Virus record (IMG/VR): IMGVR_UViG_3300037419_001009
Coordinates: 1-46,108 of that record
Strand: one strand, 5' to 3'
Length of the DNA stretch: 46,108 nucleotides
Source of the DNA: a virus
Lineage: Duplodnaviria > Caudoviricetes
Below are positions 42,712 through 46,108 of this stretch, piece by piece (the stretch's first letter is position 1; each line of letters starts with the position of its first letter). The notes beneath the pieces were generated by a model. It was not told the origin of the DNA. It ran no database searches and saw nothing but the letters and a program-made list of their open reading frames with translations. Both the position numbers and the translations under genes were made by a program.

Positions 42712-45138
42712 ATGGACCTCACTCGTGAAGACATCAGGCGTCAATTAGAACTCGAAGCGGAGTCCCGCTCGCTCGGGCAAGCTCGCTACGAGCGGTCCCG
42801 GCCGCTGCCCTGGCGCACGGAGGGTGGATCGGTGGAGGAGGAAGCCAACCTCCCGCCGGGCCAACAACTCCTTCGCCTCGCCGTCGAGCCGACCGCCGAA
42901 GCGATCCGTCAGTTCGTGGTCGCCGCGAACGAAGGCAAGGCGGGCCGCCGACACTCGGCAGTCAAATGGCTCGAGCTGGCCTCCCCGGAGGAGGTCGCCT
43001 ACCTCACTGCGCGCGTGGTCCTCAACCTCAGCGCCAATCGCGTTGGGCTCCAGACGGTGGCCACGTCGGTCGCCGGTCGGATCATCGACCACGTCGATAT
43101 GGTCACCTTCAGGGGCAAGAACCCGCAGGGCTACTACGGTCTCACGAAGAAGAGCCGTTTCGCGCGGGCGACTGAGCGGCGGCTGAAGGCTGTCCGCAAG
43201 ATGCTGGAGAACGAAGACTCCCGCACCCGTATCCCGCCGGCGGAGAAGCTCCACCTCGGGATGGCCGCGCTGGAACTATTGATCGACGCCACCGGCCTGT
43301 TCGAGATCGACACGAAAGCTGCCATCAAAGGACGCTCCTACTACGTCCGTCCTTCCGAGGCGGTGAGCAAGTGGCTCAACGAACAGCACGCGCGGAGCGC
43401 TTTGCTGGAGCCGGTCCTCATGCCGATGGTCGTGAGGCCGCGGCGCTGGAAGAACACGCGGGCCGGGGGTTATCTCCGTCCGTTCCCTGGGCGGGGTCTC
43501 GTGAAGACGCGGGACCGCGGCTACCAAGAGTTGCTCTCAACGGTCGACCTCAGTCTGGTCTACGAGGCCGTCAATCACATCCAAGAGACGCCTTGGCGGG
43601 TCAACCGTCGGGTTCTCGACGTGATGCGGGAGGCGTGGGACGGGGGCGGCAACCTCGCCGCGCTCCCCCCTCGCGACGACCAGCCGCTCCCCGCGCGGCC
43701 CCACGATATCGAGACGAACACCGACGCGCGGACCCGCTGGAAACGCGAGGCGGCTATCGTTCACGAGCAGAACGCTCAGCTTTTCAGTCAGCGTCTCGCT
43801 ATGCAGCAACGGCTCTGGGTTGCCGAACGGTTCGCGGAAGAGCCGGCTATCTGGTTCCCGCACTCGCTCGACTTCCGCGGCCGGGTCTACCCTCTGGTCG
43901 CCTCCGGTCTCCATCCGCAAGCCGACGATCCCGGCAAGGCGCTCCTCGAGTTTGCCCACGGGCTCCCGCTCGGGACCTCTGGCGGCTACTGGCTGGCGGT
44001 CCATATCGCTAACCTCTTCGGGGTCGATAAGGTGACCTTCACCGAGCGCGTGAAGTGGACCTACGATCACTCCGCGGAGATCATCGACAGCGCTCTCAGT
44101 CCTCTCGATGGGGAGCGTTTCTGGACCCGAGCGGACTCCCCGTGGATGGCTCTTGCTGCCATCTTCGACTTCGCCGGGTTCCTTCAAGAAGGAGAGAGCT
44201 ATGTCAGCCACTTGCCCATCCCCCTCGACGGAAGCAACTCCGGGCTCCAGCATTTCTCTGCTCTCCTGCGGGACCCCACGGGCGCCGCAGCGGTCAACTT
44301 GGTTCCGTCCGACAAGCCTTCCGACGTCTACGCCGAGGTCGCGCTACGTGCGGAAGCTGCGGTCGCGGCTGATACCGACCCGCGAGCAGCCGTCTGGCGG
44401 GGAAAGGTAAGCCGCAAGATCGCCAAGCGGCCGACGATGACCTATGTCTACTCGGCTACCCGCTACGGGGTCCAGGACATGATCCTCCAGACCCTCCGGG
44501 AGTTGGACAATGAGGGCGAACCCTACCTGGGCGGCGCGGATAACTACGAAGCAGCGAACTACCTGTCCTATGTGATGTTCGACGCCATCGCTGAGGTCGT
44601 CTCCGCGGCGACCAGAGCTATGGAATGGCTCCGGAAGGTCGCGAAAGTGGCGGTCGATGCCGGAACTCCGCTCACCTGGACCACGCCAGACGGGTTCCCT
44701 GTGCGGCAAGACTACCGCGTCCCGCATGGTAAGCGGGTGGTGGTCCATTGGCACGGTCGACGCCTGGACCTCATGCTCGTTGTCGACAGCAAGGACCCGG
44801 ACGGACGGGGCCAAGCGAACGGCGTGGCGCCGAACTACGTTCACTCGCTCGATGCCGCGCACCTCCGCGCTCTTGCGCGGGCGGCGAAGGAGGCGGGGAT
44901 CGACTACCTCGGTGTCGTGCATGACAGTTTCGCCACGCACGCCGCGCGAACGGACGAGCTCGCACGATTGCTTCGGGACACGTTCGTCGAGCAGTATCAA
45001 CCGGACCTTTTGCGGCAGTTCCGCGACGAGATCGCCGCGGCTGTGCCGGATGCCTGGAAGGAACAAGTGCCGCAGCCCCCGGAGTTTGGCTCGCTGAACC
45101 TCGAAGACGTCCGCCACTCGCCCTACCTTTTTGCGTGA
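42712..45138 (+). CDS. Single-subunit DNA-directed RNA polymerase (T7 gp1-like)
   Basis: 'PMVVRP..W...GGY', 'DFRGRVY', 'DGSNSGLQH', 'RKIAKRPTMT..Y', 'APNYVHSLDA', 'HDSF', C-terminal YLFA. Confidence 0.98.
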   Translation: MDLTREDIRRQLELEAESRSLGQARYERSRPLPWRTEGGSVEEEANLPPGQQLLRLAVEPTAEAIRQFVVAANEGKAGRRHSAVKWLELASPEEVAYLTARVVLNLSANRVGLQTVATSVAGRIIDHVDMVTFRGKNPQGYYGLTKKSRFARATERRLKAVRKMLENEDSRTRIPPAEKLHLGMAALELLIDATGLFEIDTKAAIKGRSYYVRPSEAVSKWLNEQHARSALLEPVLMPMVVRPRRWKNTRAGGYLRPFPGRGLVKTRDRGYQELLSTVDLSLVYEAVNHIQETPWRVNRRVLDVMREAWDGGGNLAALPPRDDQPLPARPHDIETNTDARTRWKREAAIVHEQNAQLFSQRLAMQQRLWVAERFAEEPAIWFPHSLDFRGRVYPLVASGLHPQADDPGKALLEFAHGLPLGTSGGYWLAVHIANLFGVDKVTFTERVKWTYDHSAEIIDSALSPLDGERFWTRADSPWMALAAIFDFAGFLQEGESYVSHLPIPLDGSNSGLQHFSALLRDPTGAAAVNLVPSDKPSDVYAEVALRAEAAVAADTDPRAAVWRGKVSRKIAKRPTMTYVYSATRYGVQDMILQTLRELDNEGEPYLGGADNYEAANYLSYVMFDAIAEVVSAATRAMEWLRKVAKVAVDAGTPLTWTTPDGFPVRQDYRVPHGKRVVVHWHGRRLDLMLVVDSKDPDGRGQANGVAPNYVHSLDAAHLRALARAAKEAGIDYLGVVHDSFATHAARTDELARLLRDTFVEQYQPDLLRQFRDEIAAAVPDAWKEQVPQPPEFGSLNLEDVRHSPYLFA

Positions 45139-45140
45139 TA

Positions 45141-45181
45141 GGCACGTTAACGTGCTAATATCCCGCACCCATTTGGGGACC
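45141..45181 (+). promoter_or_regulatory. Operator plus putative class II phage-RNAP promoter
   Basis: Palindromic GGCACGTTAACGTGCT then CCGCAC-CCATT-TGGGGACC, just after RNAP stop (T7 phi1.1 position). Confidence 0.72.
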
Positions 45182-45219
45182 GGAACAGACCCGCCCCGCC
45201 AGTCAAGGAACATTGCCAA

Positions 45220-45519
45220 GTGCTAGAACATCCCGCTTGGAGGTCTCCCCTCCATGCCATCCGGGACCGCATCTCTTTCGCTACGTCGGCCGCTCGGGTC
45301 CTCGAGCCGTCCTTCCGGATCGTCGATGCGCTCCAGTTCTCGGACCCTGCGGTCCAACTCGACGCTCTCTTCGTGACCGCCGTGGCGATGGCCACGGTGA
45401 TCGGGCTTGATCCCCATGAGATGGTGGTCCGCGCTAGACGGATGCTCCCGGACGCTGAGGGGCCTTTCACAGAGCAGCTTCAGGCCGCTCGAGATTACGC
45501 CAAAGGAGAGCTTCGGTGA
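45220..45519 (+). CDS. Hypothetical protein
   Basis: AAGGA RBS, GTG start. Confidence 0.6.
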   Translation: MLEHPAWRSPLHAIRDRISFATSAARVLEPSFRIVDALQFSDPAVQLDALFVTAVAMATVIGLDPHEMVVRARRMLPDAEGPFTEQLQAARDYAKGELR

Positions 45520-45710
45520 TTGCTGGTCTCTTAGTTTTCGGCGCCTTCATGGCGCTAATGCTCTACATCGCATTTGTCTTCACGGTCGGCAGCAAACTCC
45601 AGGATTGGGCCTACTCCAACGGCTATCCCGACTTTGCCATTCCGTGGCTTTGCATGATGGGCATGTTGTTCGGGCTTCCTATCGCTATTGCCGTGGGGGT
45701 GTCGTCGTGA
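45516..45710 (+). CDS. Small membrane protein
   Basis: Two hydrophobic segments. Confidence 0.55.
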   Translation: MIAGLLVFGAFMALMLYIAFVFTVGSKLQDWAYSNGYPDFAIPWLCMMGMLFGLPIAIAVGVSS

Positions 45711-45862
45711 ACGCCCAACAGGCACGCATATGGGCTCTTCTCGAAGAGGCCGCCGAGACCGCCAGCTCCGCCCGAGAGGTCGACCTGGCGACCCAGACCG
45801 AGCTCCTCAGTGAGGGCTACGACCTCCGCAACCTGAACAGCGACCTTCGTCGCTTCCAGTAA
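45707..45862 (+). CDS. Small hypothetical protein (51 aa)
   Basis: GTGA overlap; contains operator-like GGCACGCATATGGGCT at 45721-45736. Confidence 0.5.
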   Translation: MNAQQARIWALLEEAAETASSAREVDLATQTELLSEGYDLRNLNSDLRRFQ

Positions 45863-45869
45863 GGACACA

Positions 45870-46108
45870 ATGAAGAAACGAAACGAATATCCGCAGCTCA
45901 TCACGCCCCGCGGCGTCGTCGCGTGGGCGCAGCTCAACGAGCCGGACTACGAGTATAAGAAGGAAGGCGAGTTCCACGTTCGCATCCGCCCGGACACGAG
46001 CGATCCGCTCTATGACAAGCTGGTCGAGACCGCGACCGCCGTCCGAGACGAGTTCTACGACGAGACCGTCAAGAAGCTCACGGCCGAGAAGAAGGGCGCT
46101 CTGCTCAA
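45870..46108 (+). CDS. ssb: ssDNA-binding protein, 5' part (continues at window start)
   Basis: AAGGA RBS; 'ITPRG...WA.LNEPD......GEF.V' gp2.5-like N-terminus. Confidence 0.9.
   Translation, partial: MKKRNEYPQLITPRGVVAWAQLNEPDYEYKKEGEFHVRIRPDTSDPLYDKLVETATAVRDEFYDETVKKLTAEKKGALL
45982..46108. repeat. 127-nt terminal duplication (assembly overlap), copy 2
   Basis: Identical to 1-127. Confidence 0.95.

Larger units (their letters stand above)
1..46108 (+). mobile_element. Complete circularly permuted genome of a putatively temperate T7-like phage (Autographiviridae)
   Basis: Single-subunit RNAP, T7-type primase-helicase, PolA, portal/scaffold/capsid/tail A,B/internal virion/terminase order, nearly all genes on + strand, tyrosine integrase upstream of RNAP. 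Confidence 0.96.

Overview
The window is one complete, circularly assembled genome (45,981 bp; bases 1-127 repeat at 45982-46108) of a GC-rich T7-like phage (Autographiviridae) that appears temperate. An alphaproteobacterial host is an inference only. In biological order it has: a genome-end/control region (~33.1-35.1 kb); early host-takeover genes (SAM-lyase-like, gp0.7-like kinase, CxxC-less thioredoxin-reductase-like, RMF-like); a wHTH regulator, tyrosine integrase, candidate attP and single-subunit RNA polymerase; replication genes (SSB, RusA, GH108 endolysin, primase-helicase, family A DNA polymerase, exonuclease) with an embedded holin/spanin cassette; the T7-type virion module; and a tail/DUF1996/glycosyltransferase block between terS and terL. 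Main observations: (1) a ~16-bp GGCACG-N5-GDGCY operator-like motif in about 13 copies, on host-type promoters, at an identical offset on all three rightward phage-RNAP promoter candidates, and upstream of the wHTH gene, suggesting a genome-wide lysogeny repression circuit; (2) ssrA-like C-terminal -AA degrons on four of five consecutive early proteins; (3) a CxxC-less TrxB-like gene abutting a CPGC protein; (4) a dif/loxP-like site where the terminal repeat should lie; (5) a large structured non-coding region. Family calls come from motif recognition by eye; no database searches were run.
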